This document shows, in pieces, positions 48,314-60,191 of a stretch of DNA of 64,000 nucleotides. Origin of the DNA: Leucoraja ocellata (taxonomy: Eukaryota); NCBI GenBank assembly GCA_036785375.1, contig JAWMAR010000788.1:1-64000 (forward strand), in the 5' to 3' direction. The position numbers were made by a program, and so were the translations under genes. Position 1 is the stretch's first letter. Each line of letters opens with the position of its first letter. Under the pieces are notes generated by a model that had not been told where the DNA came from, did no database searches, and saw nothing but the letters and a program-made list of their open reading frames with translations.

Positions 48314-48780
48314 TGCTCGCAGTTTTAAAGTTCCGAGATTTTCTCCGATTCCTCGTTTAACTTATACATCCGTCCAAACGTGGAGCCCAGGATTTCTTCG
48401 TGTTCATGGGGAAAGGAGGGGGAGGAATTTTATACACTTTTTTGTTTTAAAAGACAAAGCGCCGGGAGAACCCTCGGTTCGAACCCCCGATCCCGCGCCT
48501 CCAAACTTCAGAGCAAACTTTTTGAAAAGTTCATCACCGCTGGCAGCCTGGAGTAGCGCAGCGGACTGTATCCCTCCGCGCCGCACGGGGGTTGTGCTCC
48601 GGCGGGAGGTGTCCCAATTGACTGGGTCCACTACACACCCGGGCCGCCGCTGCTCGGAAACTCCCAGGCTACAGCCCCCCAGTGTGTTCCGTCCCCTTTA
48701 GCACTCCCTCTTGCTTCAACTGGGAGAGGGAGAGGGGAAACACAATCTGCTTGAACTACTTCCTAGAGGCAGAAAGTTAC
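48314..48780 (-). promoter_or_regulatory. CpG-rich promoter / 5' UTR of the Notch gene
   Basis: Repeat-free, GC- and CpG-rich block (about 48460-48700) immediately upstream of the ATG, with TATAAAA on the minus strand at 48428-48434. The TSS cannot be determined from sequence. Confidence 0.65.
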
Positions 48781-49054
48781 CATTAACAATCATTGAAAAG
48801 TTTGCTGTATAGTTAACTTCAGTGTTAGGCTTTTTTGTTAACTCTAGAATGACTCAACGAAGGATTGAGAAATGGTGAGGAAGTTTGGGCCAAGGGGAAG
48901 TATACTTGATATTGGAACATTTTGATGCATCAGGGGAAAAATTGTTATTCATAGAGCATTCAGTCTTCCCTTGGTCTGTTGCCTGTAGTTAAACATTATG
49001 ATAAACCTTTTACTGAAAGTGGTTTGTGGCTTGTTTTTGCTTTCCTGAAGTTGA

Positions 49055-49193
49055 NNNNNNNNNNNNNNNNNNNNNNNNNNNNNNNNNNNNNNNNNNNNNN
49101 NNNNNNNNNNNNNNNNNNNNNNNNNNNNNNNNNNNNNNNNNNNNNNNNNNNNNNNNNNNNNNNNNNNNNNNNNNNNNNNNNNNNNNNNNNNNN
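49055..49193. other. Run of 139 N (assembly gap or masking)
   Basis: Direct. Confidence 0.98.
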
Positions 49194-49412
49194 AAGGATT
49201 TAAAATATGTTGACTTCAGAAAGGCTAAAACATGCCTCAATGTCGAGACACTTCTCAGAAGTCTTTAGGTAAAAAAATTATCATAATTCTCAATATTTTA
49301 CACATATCTGTCTATAAATGGATGTATATATGTTTTTTTTATTGTATATGTAAATTCGTATATACATATTTGTATGATATGGATATAAATATGAATAGAA
49401 GAATTTACAACA

Positions 49413-49548
49413 NNNNNNNNNNNNNNNNNNNNNNNNNNNNNNNNNNNNNNNNNNNNNNNNNNNNNNNNNNNNNNNNNNNNNNNNNNNNNNNNNNNNNNNN
49501 NNNNNNNNNNNNNNNNNNNNNNNNNNNNNNNNNNNNNNNNNNNNNNNN
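49413..49548. other. Run of 136 N (assembly gap or masking)
   Basis: Direct; flanked by TA/CA low-complexity sequence. Confidence 0.98.
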
Positions 49549-49799
49549 TATACACACACACATATTGTTATGTATTGAAACACAGCACAATACAACAGTG
49601 GGATAACCAGTGTAAACAGATGATCGGTGTGGACTCAGTGGGCCGAAGTACTGTTTCCACTTTGTGTCTTCAAACTAAACTAAAGCACAGGAACAGGCTC
49701 CTCGGCCCACAAGGTCTGTGCGGAACGTGATGCCAAGATAAACTAATCCTTGCCTGCATGTGACGCATATCCCTCCATCCCCCTGCATATCCACGTGCC

Positions 49800-50465
49800 T
49801 GTCTAAATGTGGGGCGATGGTTCCCTTAAGAAAGGAGGTGAGGGAGCCTTCTGAGATATCACTTTAAAACAATGAGATGGGGCTCCTTTAAATGTGGGGG
49901 AGGGTCACTTTTATTATGGGAGGAGGACCCATAAAAACTGTGGTGAGGGTCATAGAAACATAGAAAATAGGTACAGGGGTAGGCCATTCGGCCTTCCGAG
50001 CCATCACTGTCATTCAATATGATCATCCAAAATCAGTAGTACCCCATTCCTGCTTTTTCCCCCATATCCCTTGATTCCCTTAGCCATAAGAGCTAAATGC
50101 AACTCACACTCTCTCTTTGTAAAACTTTGTAAGAGGGAAAAGGACTGCCTTAAAATTGGGAAGGGGGGTACAAAGTGCGGAAGGAGTCACTTTGAATTCC
50201 GACAGGGCGTCCTTTAGAAGTGGGAAGTAAGCGAGGACTATGGTCTCTATAAAAGTGACATCTTAAAAAGTGGGGGGGAGTGGTCCCTTAAAAGTGGGGA
50301 GCAGGTCTTTGTAAACGTGGGCTGGATACCCCCTTGGCAAAGTTGGAAGTGTGTCCCATAAAGTGTGGGGAAAGGTTACTTTAAGATTGGATCAGTATTC
50401 CTTACAAAAAATGGACAGGGGGATCACTTAAAAGTGGTGAGAGGGTCTTTTAGAAAATAGGGGAT
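49800..50465. repeat. Decayed ~21-bp tandem array (ggtcccttaaaagtggggag-like), split by a CR1 fragment (about 49953-50105)
   Basis: Repeated TTAAAA-GTGGGG cores, clearest at 50262-50305. Confidence 0.65.
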
Positions 50466-53404
50466 AGATTTTGTTATATTGTTGCATGTTACAACCCAGT
50501 TTCAATTGCAACAATATTGCTATATTATATTGTGTAGGAAGGAACTGCAGATGCTGGTTTAAAAGGAAGACAGGCGCAAAATGCTGGAGTAACTCAGCGG
50601 GACAGGCAGCATCTCTGGAGAGAAGGGATAGACAACGTTTCGGGAACGGTCTCGACCCGAAACGTCACCCATTCCTTCTCTCCAGAGACGCTGACTGCCC
50701 CGCTGAGTTACGCCTGCAATTTATGCCTTATCTTTTGCAATATTACATTGTTGCCATTGAAACTTTGTTGGAAGGAACATGCAACGATGTAACAGACTCA
50801 GATGAAAGTGGGGAGTGGACTCGTTTGATACTGCGGGAAAGTGCCACTTTAAAGCTCCTCTAGGATCTTTGCTTTAAAGAGTTTGTGATGCCGACGTCGG
50901 AGGTATTCCTTCAACGGTGGAGCGGATAAATCAAGTTACCGCAGCGGCATGGCGCTACAGCTCCCCTTGTCTGATACACCGGGGTCGTGTCACCCAAGGG
51001 GGGCAAAGCTTTACCCAAAGACCGTCAGAGAGAAAGAAATAACGAGCAATATGACAAAGAGTTTGCAGAAAAGTTTTCGAAACAGTTTCTTGCTGCGATC
51101 CACCAGTGAAATGAATCTCCTGTTCTTGTTCACTACGTTAATTATAAACTTTTTTAAAAACTTGTGCTCCTTCTTGACTTTATCACCCCCAACCCCCACC
51201 CAAGTTTATAGAAGAAAACGAGTTATAAGAGTAGGGATGTATCAAGTAAGGTCCTAAGAAACAGCGGCAGCTAGCTTAATCCTTGATATTAAATTAAATC
51301 TCTTAGAAACATAGAAAATAGGTGCAGGAGGAGGCCATTCGGCCCTTCGAGCCAGCACCGCCATTCATTGTGATCATGACTTCCTGGGATATGTCCGCCA
51401 GCATAGACCCAGATTCCCAACCTGGGCTCAAAAGCTGATCCTGCCCAGATCCACAGGAGGGTAAGGAAAACAAAGAAGCTGTCAGGTTGCCTATAACTGG
51501 ACTACACAAATCCTCCACAGAAGCTGCCAGGCCCACTGAGTTCCTACAGCACATTATGTTTTGTAAAAGTTGTAGTTGGACTATGATGTTCTCACATGAT
51601 GGACCATGGTGGTGCAGCTGTAGAGTTCCCGCCTTACAGTGCGAGAGGCCCAGGTTCGATCCTGACTAAGGGTGCACATTCTCCCCATGACCGTGTGGGG
51701 TTTCTCTGGGTGCTCTGGCTGTAAAAATTATAAATTGCCCCTATTGTGTGGGATAGTGCTAGTGTAAGAGAATTGCTGGTCGGCACGGACTCGGTGGGCC
51801 GAAGGGCCTGTATCTCTAAACTAAACTAAACCATGCATTACTAAGGGTGAACATGGCAGAATATTGGAGCTATATTAATGCTATCGGAACAACCTCCATT
51901 GACTTGGTTTTGGGGAGCAACGCCAAAAAGAAGAGCACCTTTCAATTCAATGATTCTTTTGTGCCATGTCTTGCGATGCTTGCTGTGGATAGTTCCATAT
52001 CAGAGGCTCATAGAAGGGTACAATTTACCAATAAACCATCATAAGATACTTCCAAAACACAAAGTACTGAGTAACTCACTTTGTGTAACTCCAGCATTTG
52101 GTGTTTTGCTCAAGATTTCAGCACATGCAGTTCCTTGTGTCTCCATATTGTCCTTGCACTTCACAGTCTGTCACAATAACCAATGTCCCTCCTGGGATAA
52201 ATAAAGTTCTATCGTATCATAACATGTCAATAGGTAGCTCAGACCAGGTGACTTAATTGTGGAGAAATATAATCCTCTTTATCCCATTTTCTTTGCAGGT
52301 GTCAGTCAGTCCAACCCGAATATTGTTGTCCGAGTCTCTATTCTCTCTGTGTCAATGCATGATTAACATTTACCTTCTGCCATTTGTCTTCCTGATGTTT
52401 ACAACATCTGGCTGTGTGAAGACCTGGCTGTGTGAAGACCTCCTTGATTTGCAGAAGTATGTTTTTCAGGATACTAATGTCAGGAGAAGCAATAAATAAA
52501 TAGTTAGTGCTATGCGGTACAAAGCACATCAGAACCATTATATCCTGGTATTATGTTAAACAAATATATTAAAGGATAAGAGATTGAGCCAGATGAATGG
52601 AATTGGGTTAAATATCAAACAAAATATAATTGATTCTGAAGTGTATGAAGCCATAATGGTGTCTTGTTTATCTTGTACATTGTCTTGTGGTTATTTCTCA
52701 TTTTGTATCGGTGGTCTATTCCATAATTACTAGTCTTGTTATGATTCAGAATGAGGCCGTTCAGCCAATCGGGTACATGCTAGCTCACAGCTGAACAATT
52801 CCAGATGAATAAGGCCATTCCCCACTTTTTTTTTCTGTAGTCCAAAAAACTATTCTCTTACACACCTATCAATTCTTCTTTGATTCTCTTTCCAGGATAA
52901 ACATTTACCAGACACATAGTGCTGGAGTAACCCAGTGGATTCGGCAGCATCTCTGGAGAACATAGATAGATTAATGTTTTGGATCAGGATCAGAAGAGTC
53001 TCAACTGTCTCAATAGAAACTAATTACTAGTCAGAGGGTGGTGAATCTGTGCAATTAATTGCCACAAAAGGCTGCGGAGATCATCAATGGATATTTTTAA
53101 GGTGAAGATTGATAGATTCTTGTTTAGTAAGGGTGTCAGGTCAGGGTGTAAGGAGAAGGCATGAGAATTGGGTTGAGAAGGAACGATAGATCAGCCATGA
53201 TTGAATGATGGAGTAGACTTGATGGGCCAAATGGCCTAATTCTGCTCCAATAACTTGTGAACCTATAGGATCATAGTGATACAGTGTGGAAACAAGCCCC
53301 TCAGCCCAACTTGCCCACAGCAGCCAACATGTCCCAGCTACAGGTAGATAAAAATGCTGGAGAAACTCAGCGGGTGCAGCAGCATCTATGGAGCGAAGGA
53401 GATA

Positions 53405-53437
53405 GGCAACGTTTCGGGCCGAACCCCTTCTTCAGAT
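53405..53437 (-). ncRNA. Minimal hammerhead ribozyme motif in a Penelope pLTR fragment (53342-53437)
   Basis: Minus strand CTGAAGAaggggttcggcccGAAACGTTgcc: catalytic core intact. Confidence 0.55.
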
Positions 53438-53865
53438 TTTGGCATGTGGGAGTAAACTAAGCATCCTGTGGAAACCATCTTGCTCATGGGAAGAATATGC
53501 AAACTCTCCTTAGAGAGTACCTGAGCGTTGGATAAAGTCTGATTTTGGACCTACGAGGCTGTAGCACAAAATTCCCCACCACCGTGAGGTTTAGCCCTTT
53601 ACTGAAACATGGGGATCCCAATAGATGAGTAATTTTCTGTCTCTGGAATAGACAGCCTATATGGATCCATGCAGGTTTTGTTGATTATCACACAATTAAG
53701 CTATTGCATTTAACATCATCACCCTTTCGTAAGGAGTGTGGTGTATGAACATATAAAAATCTATCGGCATTCCCACTCTCGATTGTCACTGCAACGACAT
53801 TCTGGCACCTGCTGCCTCCAGGAATACAAACCTCACTCTGTCAACTTATCCACAAAATCCTCATT

Positions 53866-54085
53866 GGCACCGAGGGAGTATTGCTGTTTAACTGAGCGCC
53901 TACATTTCCTCTTAACAAGAGTTAAAAGATCCCATGGTACTATTTCGGAAAGGTTCTCAGTGAAGTGCTGTACAATATTAACCTGCCAACATTCACATGT
54001 GACTTCATGCTGCATGTGTAAGCACCAGATGTATTCCACTGACTGTAAGATGCAACCTCTTAGAGAAAGCAGCAAGTCATTTAGA
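53866..54085 (+). mobile_element. Ancient Deu-domain SINE relic
   Basis: gagggagtattgc..taaaagatcccatggtactatttcggaa motif, as recalled for the Deu core. Confidence 0.55.
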
Positions 54086-54089
54086 ATGG

Positions 54090-54646
54090 CATGGTGGTGC
54101 AGCGGTAGAGTTGCTGCCTTAAGGGCCTGTCCCATGAAGCGAGTTCACCCAAGAGCTCTTCCGAGTTTAAAAGAAAATCAAACTCGTGGTACCTCATCAC
54201 GAGTATTTTTTTACTCTTGGAAATATTTCACACTGTTGAAAAAACTTTACGAGTTTCCGCGTTTCCCGAGTACCTGCCGTTAGCATTACGAGCTGCTACG
54301 GGACATCCACGAATTCCGAATTACCCGCTACATACATTCTACGTACTTACCACAAGTTAGATTTTTTTTTTAAACTCGGGAGAGCTCTTGGGTAAATGCG
54401 CATCGTGGGACAGGCCCTTTACAGCATCAGAGACCCGGGTTCAATCCTGACCACGGGTGCTGTCTGGACGGAGTTTGCACGTTCTCCCCATGACCTGCGT
54501 GGGTTTTCTCTGGGTGCACCGGTTTCCTCCCACACTCCAAAGACTTATAGGTTTGTAGGCTAATTGGGTTCGGTAAAATTGTAAATTGACTCAATGGGCC
54601 GAAGGGCCTGTTTTCTCGCTGCATCGCTAAACTGAACTAAAACTAA
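54090..54646 (+). mobile_element. HE1-type SINE interrupted in its tRNA-like head by a MITE
   Basis: gcagcggtagagttgctgccTTA[MITE]TTAcagcatcagagacccgggttcaatcc. Confidence 0.9.
54122..54418. mobile_element. PIF/Harbinger-type MITE (297 bp, ~70-bp imperfect TIRs)
   Basis: TTA TSD at 54119-54121 and 54419-54421; termini AGGGCCTGTCCCA / TGGGACAGGCCCT. Confidence 0.9.
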
Positions 54647-56581
54647 ATGGAAATGAGATAATATCTCTTAATACAAGAGGGTGGTGAATGTTAGGAGTTA
54701 TGGAACAGTACAGCATAGGAACAGGCCCTTCAGCCCACAATGTTGTGCCGAACATCATGTTAGTTAAAACAAATCTCCTCTGCCTGCATGTGGTCCATAC
54801 CCCCTCATATTCATGTGCCTATCCAAATTATTTTAAGCACCACTATCGTATCTGGCTCCACCACCACCCCTGGCAACGTGTTCCAGGCACCCATCACTCT
54901 CTACGTAAAGAACTAGCCCTGCTCATTAAATCTATTAAATCTTTCCCCTCTCACCCTAAAGCTATGGCCTCATGCCTGGATACATGAAAGGCACTATACA
55001 AATGCAGATACGAGAGACTGCAGATAGACACAAACTGCTGGACTAACTCAACGGGACAGGCAGCATCCTCAGCGTAATCCAGCATCTGCAGTTCCTTCCT
55101 ACACATTTCGAAAGAACAAAGTGCTGGAGGAACTCAGTGGGTCAGGCAGCATCCGTGGAGGGAAATTGACAAGACGACGTTTCGGGTTGGGACCATTCTT
55201 TGGGTGGTAGAGGGAGATCAAGAAAGCGACTGTCGACAACTGAATGAATGCTGGAAAGTTTATGCATTTTAGGGACCAGACTGGGAATCGAGAGCACCGC
55301 AAATCTCTGAGGGTACCTTTGGTTAAAACCTATCTCTCTGGCGTGGGTTAGTGGATGCATTTCCCGGGACCCCCCCCCCCCCCCCCCTCTAGACCATTCC
55401 CTGCACATTCCACAGCTCCCCACTTGGATAAAGGGAAAAAGGTCCACTGGGGCACCATCTCCATTAAGAGGTTTCCGCGGTATCTTAGCAACCTTATTGT
55501 TGACCTATGCATTAGTAACACACTGAGAATGCAGCTAAAATAAGGGAGACGTAGAATGCCCCATTGGAGTGAAGGCCCTCATTGTTTCACCATCCCCCTA
55601 TACATGGGTATGGAGATGGGGAGGGGGGTTGGGGAGGGGGGGGCATAAACACTGCACCGTGCAGTGCAAACATTTCAAGCAAAAGTTATCTAAGCATGTA
55701 GCAATGCAACAACCATAGTTACAGCACAAACAGGACAGAGATATAACTGGATCATCTTTTAGTGGTGCTGTGCTGCATCAAGACAAAATCCTGTCTCACC
55801 TTTAGTCCTCCTACCCTTCCATGAATTACAGTAACGCTGGTCTCTATAAGACAAACCAGCAAATTAAAGTGCAAGTGGCTCTACCACAGGGAACGAGAGA
55901 ATAAATAAATAATGAGTGATGGTCAATTTGTTTTTCTAGTGTTAGTTTAGAGATAGAACGTTACAGGCCCTTCGGCCCACTCAGTCCATGCCAACCATCC
56001 TTCACCCACTCACATGAGTGCTACAGTACTTTATCCCACTTTCTCATCCACTCCCTGCACATTAGGAGCAATTTTTAGAGGCCGGTTAGTGTACAAACCT
56101 ACATGTCTTTGAGATGTGGGAGGAAACCGAAGCACCTGGAGGAAGCCCATTCAGTCAGAGGGAGAAAGTGCAAACTCCACACAGACAGGACCCGAGGTCA
56201 GATTCGAGCTGCTCTGGTGAGGCAGCAATTGTTTGTCCTTACAGTCAGATTTCCTCTAGATACAATCTGGGAATATCCTTTCAGTTCTCCTCACTTATGG
56301 CTCCCGGTATAATATATCCCCTTCACACATCCACAGAAGTATTCATCACTCCACCTCCAACACTTGTTTGCAAAAACTACATATAGTAGAGTCAAGAGTC
56401 AAGATGATAGTGGAGTCTGTGGGCCAAAGGGGCTGTTTCTGCACTGTATGTCTAAAGTCTAAAGTCCACAATAAGGTACAAGTAAAATGAAAATCTTGCT
56501 TGCAGCAACATCACAGGCGCATGGACTCAGCCAAATGCACAAAAACACAAATTATACATACATTATTCATAAATTTGACAG

Positions 56582-57052
56582 TCATGGTGGCGCAGCGGTA
56601 GAGTTGCTGCCTAATGCCCCTGTCCCACTTAGGAAAGGTTCCCGGAGGTTTTTGTCAGTCTCCCTACTTGCTTCCACTACCTGCAATCTCTGGGAACCGC
56701 ACGGAAACCTTGGGTGGGGCGAAAAGTCTCCAGAGGTTTCCGTTCAGGTTTCCTAAGTGGGACAGGGGCATTAAGTGAATGCAGCACCAGAGACCCGGGT
56801 TCGATCCCGAATACGGGTGCTGTCTGTAAGGAGTTTGTACGTTCTCCCCGTGACCTGCGTGGGTTTTCTCCATGACCTCCGGTTTCCTCCCACATTCCAA
56901 AGACGTACAGAGTTGTAGGTTAATTGGCTTGGTAAATGCAAAAATTATCCCTAGTGGGTGTAGGATAGTGTTAATGTGCGGGGATCGCTGGTCGGCGCGG
57001 ACCCGGTGGGCCGAAGAGCTGTTTCCGTGCTGTATCTCTAAACTAAACTAAA
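56582..57052 (+). mobile_element. HE1-type SINE interrupted in its tRNA-like head by a MITE
   Basis: gcagcggtagagttgctgccTAA[MITE]TTAagtgaatgcagcaccagagacccgggttcgatccc. Confidence 0.9.
56615..56770. mobile_element. PIF/Harbinger-type MITE (156 bp)
   Basis: Perfect 22-bp TIR TGCCCCTGTCCCACTTAGGAAA, TWA flanks, internal GGAAACC/GGTTTCC repeats. Confidence 0.88.
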
Positions 57053-58469
57053 TTCCTCAAAATAAAAATATACGTAATACAAGTCATTAATCTCTCTTTT
57101 TTGTTCTATATAAGAATCTATGATGTGGAAAGTTAATTGTTTTTTCCTCCACTGATGTTGCCTGTCTTGTTGAATGTTTCCAATCATTCCAATCTAATCT
57201 ACACTGTCAGGATTCGGATCCAGTGGCCATTTTGAGGTGCATGCCTCATATGAATAAGGTTCAACCTGCCATAGACATCTTTCAGGCGAGAGATTTAAAT
57301 CCAACACACAGAGAGTGTTTACATCTCAACCAGACTGGCGCGGAACTAACCCCCTCATTCCAAGAAACAAAAGGCCATTTTAGGAAGACACCGTATAAAG
57401 CAGTCTAAATTGTTTTCCTTCTTGTGTTAGAGCTCCATAAAACCTGTGAATAACTTGCCAAAGAAATTTCACCGGTTTTGGGATTTCTATAAACTGCAGT
57501 CAGAAAAAATTTACACAGCTCTTTCATTCATTCCAAACACAAACAGAAACAGCTGAACAAAAGCAGACCTTGCAGAGAACCAATGTCGTGCTGCGCTCCA
57601 CCCCAACAAGGAGCTTTCAAAAACCCTCATGTAATGTAAGCAGAGGATTGGAGAATATTTGAGGCAGCAATCTGAAGTTCACTGCATGGAGAATTTATGG
57701 GACATGGCTTCCTGCACCGGGATTAAATGCTTGGATTAAGTACATTTGATGTGGAGGAGGCTGTAATGTATCCACTAAATTATCTTGAGTAAGTGAGATG
57801 TGGATTTTTTTTTCATTCACAACCTTTGATATTTAAGCAACCATACAAAATATTTTGCTGAGCTTTGTTAAGATTTAATCCTTGCCTGTTTTAAATTTCC
57901 TGATTAATTGGCTAAGAGAAGGGGGGGGGGGGGGGGGGAGGGGGCGGGTGCGGAATTGCATAACCCATCTCAGTGATTAACGGTGTTGATCCAAGTGTTG
58001 GGAGAAAAGTAATTGGAAAGGAGTCAGATTGACGGCACAACTTTGTCATGTTTTTTGATATGATGGACATAAAATGCTGGAGTAACTCAACAGGTCAGAC
58101 AGTCTGATGAAGGGTCTCGACCCGAATCCAACATCTATTCCTTTTCCCCAGAGATGCTGCCTGACCTGCTGAGTTACTCCAGTTACTCCAGCTATTTGAG
58201 TCTATCTTTGGTATAAACCAGCATCTGCAGTTCCTTCTCACACATTTTTTTGCAGCTCCAGTGATCCTGATTGCTGGTGCTGGATATATGGAGCATGCCA
58301 CACTCTCTTCCCACTCCCAGTCCATTCACTCATCACACCTGAGCTCATCATGTCCATTTGAAACTCTCAATACCATGACTCACCCTCCTCATCTCTGAAT
58401 GTTCTCCAGCCCCCAAAGCTATTTGCATCTCTTCCTATCATTACCAGTTTTGGCTGCTTCACCTTCACA

Positions 58470-58838
58470 AGCTCGCTGCCTCAAAAAGGCTGCCAGCATC
58501 ATCAAGGATCCACACCATCCTGGCAACTCCCCGCTACCTTCAGGTAGAAGGTACAGGAGCCTGAAATCTGCAACATCCAGGTTCAGGAACAGCACTTCCC
58601 CACAGCCATCAGGCTATTAAACTCAACTCAAACAAAACTATGAACACTAATAATAGCCCATTGCACTGTATCTGATTATTTATGTGTGTATATATATATA
58701 TTCAATGGTATATGGACATACTGATCTGCTCTGTATTTATTTATGCCTATTATATTCTGTTGTGCTGAAGCAAAGCAAGAATTTCATTGTCCTATCTGGG
58801 ACACATGACAATAAACTCTCTTGAATCGTGAATCTTGA
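58470..58838 (+). mobile_element. Rex1/Babar LINE 3' end with 3' UTR
   Basis: RCLKKAASIIKDPHHPG..LPSGRRYRSLKSATSRFRNS. The same 3' UTR (aagcaagaatttcattgtcc..caataaactctcttgaatc) recurs at about 26730-26860 and 33375-33480. Confidence 0.8.
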
Positions 58839-59838
58839 GGGTGAGAAATTGGCCATTCTTACTCATTTGGTTTATGTGTGTCTCCAAACCCACTGTGCTT
58901 AATTTCAACCCGAAACGTCACCCCTTTCTCCAGAGATGCTGTCTGACCCGCTGAGTTACTCCAGCTTTTCCTGTCTATCCATTGCCGTTTAGGATCAGTT
59001 TTAACTGCACTCTGAAATGGCTTGAGGGCATCGTTGGATGTAAGCATTCCCTGTGATATTCACAATGGTTAATAAGTAAACAGGTATCTCCTGATGTGGC
59101 TCAGTGACAAATTTTATTTGCTAAAACTCCAGTGAAATACCAAGCGATATTTTACGATCACTGCAAGGAATTAAATTATGCCCCGGAGCTCATAGCTGTT
59201 GCATATTTTCTAAAAGAGACATAACTTGAATAAACTGTGCTTGCCAAATGGAATGCCTTGGAGAATATAAAGCTGGGATGAAAGATTCCTCTCCCACACC
59301 GAGTAAACACAATCCAATAATTAAACTAGATGGAAAGGCAGGAAATTCATTCCCATTGCTTTCTATCTTTGTGCTTGAGGCTGTTAAGGAACCCAAGGGA
59401 AATGGTCAAGAGAAGTGAGAGCCACAATGTATCTCTTCAAAAACGAACATGATCAAATAGCCATCCAACAACTTGGACTTATATGGTGCTTTAAAGTTTC
59501 CACAGCTGCTTTATAGAAGCGTTATCAAAGTCTGACAGCAACTCGCTGGAGGAGATATTAGGATGGAGGATGGTATGTCTGAAACAACCCTTTAATGGAA
59601 GAAATAGAGAAATGGAGATGCAGTGAAGTTTTGGAGAGAGAGATTTCTGGACCTTGGGTACAGATAACGGTGCGATTTAAATCAGGGATGAGCAAGAAGC
59701 CAGAATGGGTGAAGCATAGTACTTCACCCATTCTTAGAAGCATAGTACTTTTGAAGAATGTTGCAGATACAACAAGGAGAAAGGGGATCATGGGAAGGAT
59801 TTGTTGCCTGGGAACTCAACCAGGAATGTATCTATAGT

Positions 59839-60191
59839 TGTGTTTAAGAAGGAACTGCAGATGCTGGAAAATCGAAGGTACACAAAAATGCTGGAGAAAC
59901 TCAGCGGGTGCAGCAGCATCTATGGAGCGAAGGAAATAGGCAGCGTTTCGGGCCGAAACCCTTCTTCAGATGTAGGGTGGGGAAAGGAGGGGGGGGGGGG
60001 GGGGAGAAGAAGAAAGGAAGAGGAGGAGCCAGAGGGCTGAGGGAGAGCTGAGAAGGGGAGGAGACAGTGAGGACTACCTGAAATTGGAGAAGTCAATGTT
60101 CGTGCCGCTGGGGTATAAACTGCCCAAGCGAAATATGAGGTGCTGCTCTTCCAATTTCCGGTGGTCCTCATTCTGGCCATGAAGGAGGACC
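59839..60191 (-). mobile_element. Penelope-like element (Neptune-type) 3' end: GIY-YIG C-terminus + pLTR
   Basis: Minus 60190-60074 translates VLLHGQNEDHRKLEEQHLIFRLGSLYPSGTNIDFSNFR*, the R..E..LI..LG...P.G.N end of PLE endonucleases. A hammerhead-like motif lies about 100 nt downstream of the stop. Confidence 0.88.

Noticed and set aside
48081-48701. 206-aa plus-strand ORF and 75-aa minus ORF (48404-48631)
   Set aside because: They overlap the GC-rich promoter and exon 1 of Notch, show no recognisable domain and use non-ATG starts.
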